Assembly: GCA_964430735.1 (NCBI GenBank)
Contig: CAYSFB010000002.1
Location: forward strand, 94,027-158,026
Length of the DNA: 64,000 nucleotides
Reading direction: 5' to 3'
From: an uncultured Planctomycetia bacterium
GTDB lineage: Bacteria > Omnitrophota > Gorgyraeia > 2-02-FULL-51-18 > JAGOUK01
The notes below the pieces were generated by a model. The model was not told the DNA's origin and searched no databases. It saw only the letters and a program-made list of their open reading frames with translations. Positions 15,001-19,887 of this stretch are shown piece after piece. The number at the start of each line of letters is the position of its first letter. The first letter of the stretch is position 1. The position numbers and the translations under genes are program-made.

Positions 15001-17617
15001 CGATCTGCGTTACCTCCAGAGCCAGCGGCTTGGCCTCGAGCATCAGCTGCTCGAACTCGTCCCGGATCTTCCGGGCCTGCAGGCGTGTTTGAACCCAATC
15101 GATCAGGTACTGGAACCAGGCGCGTATGCGGAGCCGGGACGAGACGTATTCTTTTTCCTTGAGACTCCACTCGCGGTCGAACTGCCTCATCGACCACGCC
15201 ATCGTGCCGGCGGTCACGCGCGCTTGGCGCAACTTTTGGATCTGCTGATACCATTCCCATCCGTACAGAATGTCGAAGGCCATCCGAATCACTTCCGGCG
15301 ACCGCTCCCGTCCGTCCAGCCCCGAGGAGCTGCTCAGACGCGCCAACTCCTCCATCGAACAGTACATCATCGGCCGGTTCCGGCTGATCCGCCATCTTCC
15401 CCAACGATACCGGAACGACGGAGTCGGCACGAGGAGCCGCGTCTGCGGGATCACCGCCGCGATCATCATGTTCCTGCGTACTTGACCGGCTGAAGGGAAC
15501 TGGTCCCGGGGAAAGATCCTCTCGTCTTCCAGCGCGGCGAACACCGCCCGCAAATTGATCTCCGCACGCGGAAACAGCCGCGTGTAGCGCTCGAGCTTCT
15601 CACGGGCTTCGGCGAGTTCGCGGGCGAGCCGCTCGGAGCGGACCTCGCGCAGATCTGAGACAGGTTCGCGGCCGGTCCGCTCCAACTCCTCCTCCAGCAG
15701 CTTGATGTCGGTTCTCAGCTTGGACGGATTGATCGGATCGGATTCGTCGGGACGCTTCGAGTAATGCCCATCGCCCTGATGCATCAGCTTCCACGGAAGT
15801 GAACGGATCTTGCTGTCTGCGATCAGCATCAGCTTCATCGGCCCGCGCAAGTGGAGACGTCCCGATTTTTTCAGAGTCTCGTCCTCCTGTCCCGACGCCA
15901 GCCGCGCGCCGGAATCTTCACGAAGATCTCTTTGGCGTAAATGGCTCAGCGCCGAGCGGATCTGAGATTCGGTCCCTTCCGCGCCGGCAAGCCGGGCAGC
16001 AGCCATAGAGTCGAAGACGCCGGTGTCGGCCAGCGCCAGTTTGGGGATGTGGCGAAAAACACCGGGCGAAGCAGAAGTGTTGATACCGCGCTTCAAAGGC
16101 ATGAGCAGGATTTTTTCGTATTGGACGCGGTCGGTTTGTGTCCGGACTTGAGGGGTCAGGATCGCCCAGCCGTACCCCTCCTGCGCCAGAAGCTCTTTGA
16201 GGTGGTCGGTGTGATAACCGCCGGCGATGAGAACCGCGGCCTTTTGCCCCGAGGCATCCAGCGTCCGGCCGGCGCGGGCGACGAGCGAATGATCGCGGAG
16301 ATTCACGAGCGTGTAAAAAGCACGGATCAGACTCCAGGAGCGGTCCAAAACGGCTGTTTCCGGAATCCGGACATCCAAAAGTCCGAGCTGATCCGATTTT
16401 TTATGTAAAAAGCTTTTCCACTCCCCTGATTCAAAATACTTACGGTTCTGCCGGAGCTGCCGGAACTCACGGGAGGTGAGCTTGAGGTCGAAGGCCTTTT
16501 GGATCAGGTCAAAATAAATGCCGAGCAGCGCGATCTTGCGCGCGTCCTCGTCCGGAAGCAGTTGACGGTAGGAGCGGGCTTCGAGCTCCTCGGATTCACG
16601 GGCGAGAGCGTCCCAATCCATCCCGCGAAAAGTCCCCAGATATTCCGCGTAGCGGCGCAGATGCGGATATTCCCCTTCCGCGAGGTCCAGGAGCGACCGG
16701 ACGAGACGCTCGCGCTCGGCGGGAAGCGCGGCGCGGCCCAATCCATCCGCCAACGCCTGTGCGGCCTGCGACCGGGGACCGGACTCCAGCCGCCGCAGCA
16801 GGGCGTCCTGCTCCAGCGACAATGCCTCGTAGTTCATCGACGCATCCGTCCATTTGAGAACCTTGAGCTTCAAAAAAGACGGGTACGCATTGAGACTCAC
16901 GCGCGCCGCGTCCGCCAGCTTGAGCAAACCATCGATCGCCCGGATCGAGCCATCCGCTCCCGCTTCACGTTTCGCCCGCTCATAGTCCAGAAGCGTATCC
17001 GGATACAGCCGGTCTTTGAATGCCTGAAGCGCGTTCCGAACCTCCTGCCATTCGCGCGATGCGGCTCCCCTCACCGACGCGACGCGCGCATACGCCAACA
17101 ACGCCGCGCCGTAATGCCGGGTGTTTTCCACGCCGTGTAATTCCACGTCGGCTCCGCCGGTCAAACTCAGGTGCTCAGGTCCGCTCAAAATTCCTTCGCG
17201 AAGCAACTGCTCGGCGCCGAGCTTCAATTCACGCGGGCCGACCACCGCGCGCAACGAACCCAGGTCCGCGCGGCGGCTGCCGCCTTCGAGCAGGACGGTG
17301 CGGATGCCGTAGGTTGAAGACAGGGCGCGGATCGCAGCGGCGATGTTTTTTTGGCCTTCGTAATTGCCGTGGGGATCTTCGATGAGGACGAGAAGGCGGC
17401 CGTTCGATCCGGCATGCGCTTCTTTGAGCTGAACCGTTCCGGCGGGAAGGTCGATGCGCAGCGGGTTGGCGACCAAACCGGCCAGACCGGAGCCTTTGGC
17501 TTCCGGCCGCACCGGCACACGCTCTCCCAGCGACGCCGCCGCCCAGGAAATATCCTGAGCGATCAAAGCGATCGCCAAAGTCATAGCCGTTGTTTTTAAA
17601 AAGCGCTTAAAGCCCAT
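1..17617 (-). CDS. Giant multidomain protein (giant A), partial: the start codon and more than 5,870 N-terminal codons are in the window, the C-terminus lies beyond window position 1. It has a signal peptide, an N-terminal Tiki/TraB/ChaN/erythromycin-esterase-like domain (paralogous to the N-terminus of the 4429-aa protein at 48158..61447) and an internal alpha/beta-hydrolase domain (~9100..9990)
   Basis: Not listed in the ORF track because there is no in-window stop. Every minus-strand ORF the track lists between 1 and 17600 has its start coordinate = 0 or 2 mod 3, and none is in the frame = 1 mod 3, so that frame must be open all the way to the window edge. Hand translation from ATG 17617..17615 (RBS-like AAGAAGGG 5 nt upstream, in-frame TAA further upstream) gives MGFKRFLKTTAMTLAIALIAQDISWAAAS..., a signal peptide. 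It then reads ...NGRLLVLIEDPHGNYEGQKNIAAAIRALSSTYGIRTVLLEGGSR... and ...AAVLIAGGYHTDHL... The frame stays open and protein-like for ~1,350 codons (17617 to ~13550) and at every other point sampled (10018..9540, 9060..9000, 5100..5040, 240..180). Translating 10018..9540 gives ...FIVHGWQSSASEPLIAELARAVAGRGFAVVRPDLRGHRGRV...ERTFWFGHSYGGWTVERIASL..., a textbook alpha/beta-hydrolase nucleophile elbow (G-H-S-Y-G) preceded by an HG oxyanion motif. Confidence 0.65.
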   Translation of the reverse strand, partial: MGFKRFLKTTAMTLAIALIAQDISWAAASLGERVPVRPEAKGSGLAGLVANPLRIDLPAGTVQLKEAHAGSNGRLLVLIEDPHGNYEGQKNIAAAIRALSSTYGIRTVLLEGGSRRADLGSLRAVVGPRELKLGAEQLLREGILSGPEHLSLTGGADVELHGVENTRHYGAALLAYARVASVRGAASREWQEVRNALQAFKDRLYPDTLLDYERAKREAGADGSIRAIDGLLKLADAARVSLNAYPSFLKLKVLKWTDASMNYEALSLEQDALLRRLESGPRSQAAQALADGLGRAALPAERERLVRSLLDLAEGEYPHLRRYAEYLGTFRGMDWDALARESEELEARSYRQLLPDEDARKIALLGIYFDLIQKAFDLKLTSREFRQLRQNRKYFESGEWKSFLHKKSDQLGLLDVRIPETAVLDRSWSLIRAFYTLVNLRDHSLVARAGRTLDASGQKAAVLIAGGYHTDHLKELLAQEGYGWAILTPQVRTQTDRVQYEKILLMPLKRGINTSASPGVFRHIPKLALADTGVFDSMAAARLAGAEGTESQIRSALSHLRQRDLREDSGARLASGQEDETLKKSGRLHLRGPMKLMLIADSKIRSLPWKLMHQGDGHYSKRPDESDPINPSKLRTDIKLLEEELERTGREPVSDLREVRSERLARELAEAREKLERYTRLFPRAEINLRAVFAALEDERIFPRDQFPSAGQVRRNMMIAAVIPQTRLLVPTPSFRYRWGRWRISRNRPMMYCSMEELARLSSSSGLDGRERSPEVIRMAFDILYGWEWYQQIQKLRQARVTAGTMAWSMRQFDREWSLKEKEYVSSRLRIRAWFQYLIDWVQTRLQARKIRDEFEQLMLEAKPLALEVTQIARHAPRTPDGMIDRIQHEEQYASASKKDPAFERRRMLFRKLRERIIEYQTGLLRLTHRAMALGEFDLVYRINGWSGQFLSLLPVVDTGLLIPERFLRFLKNLLRTGRYEAFLDILTAMKNGYMKVQIPTLDARGWVVSHTNEKISVREEKKIFADLAGDAFHQWIGFTIRRQLEVLRTQDSDTGDAGDSERDDYEILTLVEQRIYGLLDQIALEFTGAPRHPGVGQTRLEKLEQEADPVLDDILRRTLELSGTKVLAGETTAQKWSWARKKLTLGSAHFDDLPFGKIDTVVEWDAVFSSRGAGGKKLFDLTEILLNIASSAIRLDGSDPAGYNVTDPERIEFVRVRMKLVDDVIQKLRPEGAAYESLPSAARWWLFHTTYPMPAEMLKKRFAALNEIADDDTLLLRTALSGMALRGKSPRDGEAEAWGVGLFYKRLLAHWPQWAKRRDVSQRAQMLIHPLAGVDAWEPLLSGAEQAGIPARAYLGEAVAVVESLSPSALPEPYRWAVEWSVSESILYLMHRTEAATSTAADLNDLVIGGPIAADYFRLLERPSRQPALDGYERLKQRLRAGQGARLAEDAVVAQQVDSLAARYGEAARFRILDGLEKIRIKAGHLELTDVQTLENIRTALSGLSEDERMRHAALDDAVLYLERYLDGQLLMADWPHERTAILKKILSADWKIFESANVGTQVFVLKSMTYPDLVLKIVPKRTHPLYQGWVRIKQTHQDIIRDVLEGALTAQNPELRGSTTEPILIPLSAEDIASLSDGMREMISDEFPYVILQKRHRLVRRMDYPAYFRLFKELLRKGYIFADIFSLKQLGYRLQNPDRYILLDTGSVRPLRPGDRAEEYLYNLLDIYPQDADSGWAPSPEYWEHYEQVRRFLKELEAEGLIEGSRLAQLVPWQPVVLDLLPGHSTRIISGSQSFVLALDDGPADKTSYTGRPYVQMRELDNIYPVTIEAGQPPRIVVQMDGGTEPLIRINGRVMSQVHSNVYFGKIEIDDLGGGKVEIRRTQAGDNPRPVHILANLPDGRKVYGARLAGLEDPWTVLMRGISGGDPKAPGSKDGSVARYSAAYFGLLDSRGLLDGQTVIYPAAGYDGYIGLYAPTVAITRSDERIDFLEHSSRAAAAGMLGLPYDRVRMSYVKGDILDDRMYAKARSLANVNSADSLTLLIKGLRSYVFGFREQAKADADLGNYLKQAVRLLRPAQIIVSDAADLDVARRVLTEGGEYTLYDEWLSREEKEALESSLRAVAGSGSTFSRFNFMGVNVQAPTAAAVFRRNAKPASGARMAWSWSHDKNSDWSWERRKEPMTKVVRALEKMGISRFYGPEGREKLPDGGPTMSTLSWFSLPWLDEADRKFYAYIRHLIEVYKINGIYLAPGINDLELGDFLLRGDAASGVDVWLRRGPEGTMLELQLAKDSRTFIKLSGQPDYWPLEKQPGELLPEEGQDGARMAASDRGRGSVATVYFEGEPYAYHDSGAQGSVYVNHAKGLAIKIFDQIPGVTTRVLDRVVEVNGGLKRHGLDVVEMLGVIEVRTGAGETAPAIWMRYVEGESLEDLYEQLIQSSASGAGAAIGLASRAEILLDEIDALTGGLADRRFAGGLDARPDLSNFVQPTGSGAVNVDPLEVGALRLGMDRESRGNRQSLRRLREPQRVGDLWEAAYELSFPLTGKPDERIVFYVDYPDGEGPFPTAFIVHGWQSSASEPLIAELARAVAGRGFAVVRPDLRGHRGRVWDETTRASADNRNASSGDVSTFTWGDSIDDLHRILSSLRTAQPGMYPRMDLERTFWFGHSYGGWTVERIASLAAGGNDPRFAGLKIGAVFGMASPLDPSRALLQIIRNGAFARSIAAAVPDYRLEQKWREWRTAARAPIGKWQGFKPWFAQTGEWVNDPFDISFMQEIPHHYVVGQMDNLMFLGGPILAIFYAMYARFINLHAPASLTIVKGMGHFFEKKYRTAVIQKILDRLDASVRPAGEAQVPAVEMLDIDQEGSPHAGLDTLFPIQTNHDRAGALAIASVAQFFDDHPRFIPTHPGSRSQETASRTRLLVTDDGSVQVRGGEGVRKIGYLELLAGPERTARIRLEPGESDRPAVWGVAYPLLRLALALEGWNLEEPDAFHQALDRPDLYFVTRFAPEGTPEVICLKYTANGVPYMIRLQTDEGGHGSERAVDRYYRIEVIRDPSGPRDGGDYAGGLSVTTVPDGTLQNYDIDISRKRTRRFPWLEGFLSDWLQPQRNRSFDWFNPDLTSSSSPVGARMSHQKSVRHFLNEALKLTGWVGIAYMSVVALSSLSPQVYWEYAWGWSNGIPTMLKGWSLLALIIFASQYPNKWKQVAIVGAPIGLMFAFGLDHMNLQNLGRALARVCTVFVTIFVAKTMREEGSIADRVSSAWGWALSSGLIGSFHQYTVWLPFVLKAIPDAAHRSAFDIGIAANLVHTPLSLTMAFVFGEKINLWRELRQQGLTGFVRNPQVRMVLEMLPYNFCYWYPVTRLAYGSDNPWNFFAVTSVASAVWVWFVSSKITRIATEAAKTKPAPGPKSSHGDGADDSGARMAAWVFLSPLYLAVAGLRHLAVWIMERFNDPLVVRVDLKDAEALRKAIPRLAAYCETIHFLSYPDEDGVFRHIDLTGTRARFGAGLLSIIDNDIPTRLLQSASYPMRVDVRRLPDDKNHMAIFDSGHLKSPFPRISAARLSVAKDRTAEGASDRSAYMTHQLKQAPAEKSYLLLNPSERELFFQAESILDSGDADRIAAWMLRVDAQVIPDLRSTGSPWARQLGTADRWLAFHTMYHIDGQQLYEQRLRTLAAVASDETLAWRAAFFGPHLRNNRTGFDDEDLIGIKLFLSRSLPALARLQNKMRTASEEVSYRRRQRWLLNALVFPESAGADARPRKPELRDLLDELTESSGTDVRSLVRSAWRALPEEDRGFLIERPFMFTEQYLVAVLRDVQSPDLTLDAVAAGEAASRRFYQQHRETLSGVTAAARQEEALQSLLIESGLPALSASGARLADIGSRKEVYEGIFDTNPAVRRSMAREWTADSDTAVEMGQVLDFITTLRLPSPYDTETILKAHQAKNPGYDREGRIAHARAAAIFSIYEWLSPESQPHVEVAEARLEEGLIRRKLTEDGEWLKFDHAQPGNFPRLSMSSQLALWQNVYRPWIAAHPDDFWYSPLSIERTLSLQELFFLLRWWQSDLDVLVTHGRSADFAQEYPYLAPLGRDTIFGINQKVAKKLRDSFKFVDWSFDAFLGLLKGSQDTFDHAIAIRNAYDSTISSQLARHSEPDGARLAANVEQQIRYHLSILESSDTDSERKQIAIAAIRELADPIQSVPEDILTRTMAVYDQTDDADIQRAAFRWLVEYGYQIDAVREWVFGIIAKESAAPAGIERDDIDQFMLALIRHTFSARFDWLDLRQSENVLEGLYLVGGAVMDSMREARKPTHGMRSYLHFIQRVATAGREDALREDDLQSLSSLGNPAALLKEIERQLDLAARLHKIDQAAFTIQRSMAFDTRWKNLLDNPNFPAAQELYQKINQGRADLALSTPSRRPDPESGKDRSSLDPEQIAFRINVRADVKKFGKKPADYLESLLNREGEVLMLDLDWFGAGLAEKVLEQLKELRRKGLLEYCALPLPPRALPHLDKILEGGDFSVISRDASTWVNVDYADERPSKSDLKEIKSETLGLLSELRQQGFKFIFYAPDDHRLRGELRTQAAARQLHDQLAKHKFPPTVVLGPLIGSDTDRSSRADSLVLEFESIPSERRHRTIALRVDSGINGFDKDRHDLIEALELPEFGIDLKRSAVIGPFRSILQGDAYQKAWDGLLHFHQEDSDGDNSGGWDWDGNDPPTGDPDLSDADLRPATADGARMAMDEEFRRKWLDKKVQLNEAFADYLHPKSQEIVQTIRGFANHGKDGFWREVANQWLTRENCASNPVYLEEQFDGVAATMRMLGSKMNDFGVEDHRSVSRRQYYHLEARVWKAAAAAAERGEFDPGYLKEFKAVEIALKALIPKVTLASVRVNELYDRIQNAKTADELDAIRLDVDLEPFLGQGSVEIVGGLNPYWIRVSREALADSSDLDLGIETGDELTPDRLAEKTTQFQKGLELLTPEARSAMAAGNNLIIGPGRNTQEIMMLHQEFPQMRREAVIDLSPSNLVEIKRRLEADPAVSDDIRSRTKLHHKPFWDDRNLTGTYSLVYSDFVFNDDFLEGEFRRGGRRLATWPQAIEGLGELVGENGAAFIRGPAPEWRFKEKGFFVRPVGPARWGERPLLVISRSDRVFASPRGARLAEVQPEKNPNASFQRMVTVIRDGGIHLHPSLEIASIARAYQGTEIRLHDGRQSVNAKEMSEIGLLAAGQGAMLTVSAVGPRAEEAVDEITGLSYFAPTKAARLAQRDRSPKTIRLTENRRQEPALIVETEPGSGSAKRDGSKELGARMAAGVKEIGDRDYSVALPAYLRQLASEIMAAQNDGFSVKLRLHPERFMIVNWLKAAGFQQHPSEPGVLVLKDAEAAGQFLYYLSDAMRGEDSAIVIDPAKLVFEAAEDADGKDTPQVLLSDRPDVSRAETALADFIVENGKFIRETSWVLGDMLKPGPARDEAQSCVLETMSRIQKKHVSGEGVDMLAAALKSSGLDPKTPPARIGDAEWSGWLRRYLIDDLDEVIRLGERGKAEGFSTAELLRISEATAQIKGRIGIIVDILDHNKFKSPGSNQWTLLHIQSVVYHSQIEEEIIGLDLLPDTGEDLPERGIRQIVFLSPEQALKKVRDPQLAAELEKLQGYLMEMRRAYLSEDHPYLGASLGRYYSDRVYRMHRLILRLKGAAQDAGAAHHFIHRLASELYFLGLLGLADMNEGGMFYWSEKYPTSLRRDRASLMTYAQSELMSLSQSLLRSLSSDEALSGEYYAQWEGSGAKRPIEKAALEIVRAGHDLRDEALARQFVENVLNDPYFIGPSEGIDYPVVLTARKLEEVPRITDGHLQDLVTVALEVLRFRDVQYLMATMRLTDMAEGVLNPFGLD

Positions 17618-17682
17618 CCAACCCTTCTTTTATTTGCCGCTTATTTATATAGAGGGGAAAAAGAATATTACCCGCAAGTATA

Positions 17683-17719
17683 AGGAAAAAAACACCCGCT
17701 TCAATGATGAAGCGGGTGT
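17683..17719 (-). terminator. Rho-independent terminator of tkt
   Basis: Perfect 12-bp inverted repeat ACACCCGCTTCA / TGAAGCGGGTGT (17692..17703 and 17708..17719) with a 4-nt loop. On the minus-strand transcript it is followed by a 7-8 U tract (the complement of the A-run at 17683..17691). It sits 27 nt after the tkt stop codon (17748..17746). Confidence 0.75.
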
Positions 17720-17745
17720 ATATAACTGACTGGAGCTGACTAAGT

Positions 17746-19767
17746 TTAAGCTTTTTTAAGCAGCTTGAGCGCGCGGTCGAGAACGTTCTGGGCCGTGAAG
17801 CCGAAACGCTCGAGCGCAACCGGAGACGGGGCGGACGCGCCGAAGCTCGTCATGCCGATCACCGCGCCCTCAAGACCCACCCACTCGTGCCAACCTTGCG
17901 TGGACGCGGCTTCAACCGCCAGGCGCACGGTCGATTCGCGGGGCAGGACGCTTTCGCGGTATTCGGCGCTCTGCGCGCGGAAAAGCTCCCAGCTCGGCAT
18001 GCTGACAACGCGGGTTGAGATCCCCTTTTCTTCCAGGGACTTCCTGGCCGCGGAGCACAGATGCACTTCGGAGCCGGTCGCCATCAAGATGATGTCGGGC
18101 GAGGACTTGGATTCTTTTTCGAGGATGTACGCGCCGCGCGACACGGCTTCGGGCTGCGAGGCCGCGCCGGCGAGGAATGGAACGTTCTGGCGCGTCAGGA
18201 TGATCGCGCAGGGGCCGGCCACGCGCTCGAGCGCGAGGATCCAGGAGGAGCGAGTCTCGTTGGCGTCGGCCGGACGCAGCACGGTGAGATTCGGGATCGC
18301 GCGCAGGCCGGCGAGCTGTTCGATCGGCTGGTGCGTCGGACCGTCTTCGCCAAGACCGACCGAGTCGTGCGAGAACAAAAAGATCGTCGGGACTTTCATG
18401 AGCGCGGCGAGGCGGATCGACGACTTCATGTAATCGGAAAAGATAAGGAAGGTTCCGCAGGCGCTGATCGGTCCGCCGTGCAGCATCATGCCGTTGGCGA
18501 TGGCGCCCATCGCGTGCTCGCGCACGCCGTAATGGACGTTGCGTCCGGCCGGCGTCGCGGGCGAGAAAGATCCGCCGTTTTTGATCGTCGTGTTCACCGA
18601 TTCGCTCAAGTCGGCCGAACCGCTGAGGAGATTCGGAAGCGCGGCCGCAGCGAAGTTGAGGACTTTGCTCGAGGCGGCGCGGGTCGCAAGCGCCCCGTCT
18701 TCGGGCTTGAATGCCGGGACGGCCTGGGTCCAATCCTGCGGCTTCTTGCGGCTGAGCCAGGCGTCGAACTCCTGGGCTTCGGCGGCGTATTTTGCGGCAT
18801 AGGCGGCCTTGGCCTTCTGCCATGCGCTCTGCGCCTCCCTGCCCTTCGTCAGAGCCTGGGAGAACTGTTCGCGGGCTTCGGCCGGAATATCGAATTCGGC
18901 GTACGGCCAGTCCAGCGCCTGACGGGCGCCCTTCACTTCTTCTGCACCCAGCGGCGCGCCGTGGCAGGAGTGGGAATTCTTCTTCTTGGGAGCGCCGTAA
19001 CCGATCGTCGTGCGGACAAGGATGATCGAGGGCTTGTTCTTTTCGGCCTGCGCCTGACGGATCGCCGCGTCGATGGCGGCCAAGTCCTCGTCGCCGTTCG
19101 TGACGCGCAGCACCTGCCAACCCATCGCTTCGAAGCGGCCGGCGACGTTCTCGCCGAACGCGAGGTCGGTCGTGCCGTCGATCGTGATCCGGTTGTCGTC
19201 GTACAGGCAGATCAGTTTGCCGAGCTTGTGATGGCCGGCGAGCGACGCGGCTTCGTACGAGATGCCTTCCATGAGGTCGCCGTCGCCGCAGATCATGTAG
19301 GTGTAATGGTCGACAAGCGTCGCGTCCGGACGGTTGAACCGCGCGGCCATGAAGCGCTCGCCCATCGCCATGCCGACGGCCGTCGCGAAGCCCTGGCCGA
19401 GCGGACCGGTGGTCGTCTCGACGCCGGGCGTGTGGCCGAACTCGGGGTGGCCGGGGGTGTTCGATCCCCACTGGCGAAAATTCTTGATGTCGTCGAGGGA
19501 CAGGCCGTAGCCGGTCAGGTGCAAAAGGCTGTAGAGGAGCATCGACGCGTGACCCGCTGACAGGACGAAGCGGTCGCGGTCGGGCCAGCTGGGATCGGCC
19601 GGATTGTGTTTGAGAAAACGGCTCCAGAGCACGTAAGCCATGGGCGCCATGCCCATCGGAGCGCCCGGATGGCCGGACTTGGCTTTTTCGACCGCATCGG
19701 CGGACAGGAAGCGGATGGTGTTGATGCAAAGCGTGTCGAGCTGGGTCGCGGAGGCGGCTGAATTCAA
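17746..19767 (-). CDS. tkt: Transketolase
   Basis: 673-aa ORF. The N-terminus [28 protein letters not shown] carries the TPP-binding GHPG motif, and the protein is transketolase-like along its full length. The start codon is TTG (19767..19765) with AGGA 8 nt upstream. An intrinsic terminator lies downstream. The overlapping ORFs 17912..19729(-) and 18061..19560(+) are Arg-rich frame artefacts. Confidence 0.93.
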   Translation of the reverse strand: MNSAASATQLDTLCINTIRFLSADAVEKAKSGHPGAPMGMAPMAYVLWSRFLKHNPADPSWPDRDRFVLSAGHASMLLYSLLHLTGYGLSLDDIKNFRQWGSNTPGHPEFGHTPGVETTTGPLGQGFATAVGMAMGERFMAARFNRPDATLVDHYTYMICGDGDLMEGISYEAASLAGHHKLGKLICLYDDNRITIDGTTDLAFGENVAGRFEAMGWQVLRVTNGDEDLAAIDAAIRQAQAEKNKPSIILVRTTIGYGAPKKKNSHSCHGAPLGAEEVKGARQALDWPYAEFDIPAEAREQFSQALTKGREAQSAWQKAKAAYAAKYAAEAQEFDAWLSRKKPQDWTQAVPAFKPEDGALATRAASSKVLNFAAAALPNLLSGSADLSESVNTTIKNGGSFSPATPAGRNVHYGVREHAMGAIANGMMLHGGPISACGTFLIFSDYMKSSIRLAALMKVPTIFLFSHDSVGLGEDGPTHQPIEQLAGLRAIPNLTVLRPADANETRSSWILALERVAGPCAIILTRQNVPFLAGAASQPEAVSRGAYILEKESKSSPDIILMATGSEVHLCSAARKSLEEKGISTRVVSMPSWELFRAQSAEYRESVLPRESTVRLAVEAASTQGWHEWVGLEGAVIGMTSFGASAPSPVALERFGFTAQNVLDRALKLLKKA

Positions 19768-19887
19768 AGGTTTTTCCTTAAAAAAAGTGCGCGAGGGGGC
19801 GTGTAAAAGTCCCTAGTTTAGACACCAAATCCGCCTGCGTCAAATTGTATCGGTTTTATGCCGGTCTAAGGAAAGAGAGGGCGGGAT

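Noticed and set aside
1-17600. All ORF-track entries in this interval (e.g. 4676..5491+, 10439..11149+, 13937..14707+, 14831..15493+, 16499..17140+, and the minus-strand ones in frames 0/2)
   Set aside because: All are short and Arg-rich, and they overlap a single open minus-strand frame (giant A) that reads as genuine protein wherever I sampled it.
17912-19729. 605-aa (-) and 499-aa (+, 18061..19560) ORFs overlapping tkt
   Set aside because: These are out-of-frame or antisense to an unmistakable transketolase, with Arg-rich low-complexity translations.
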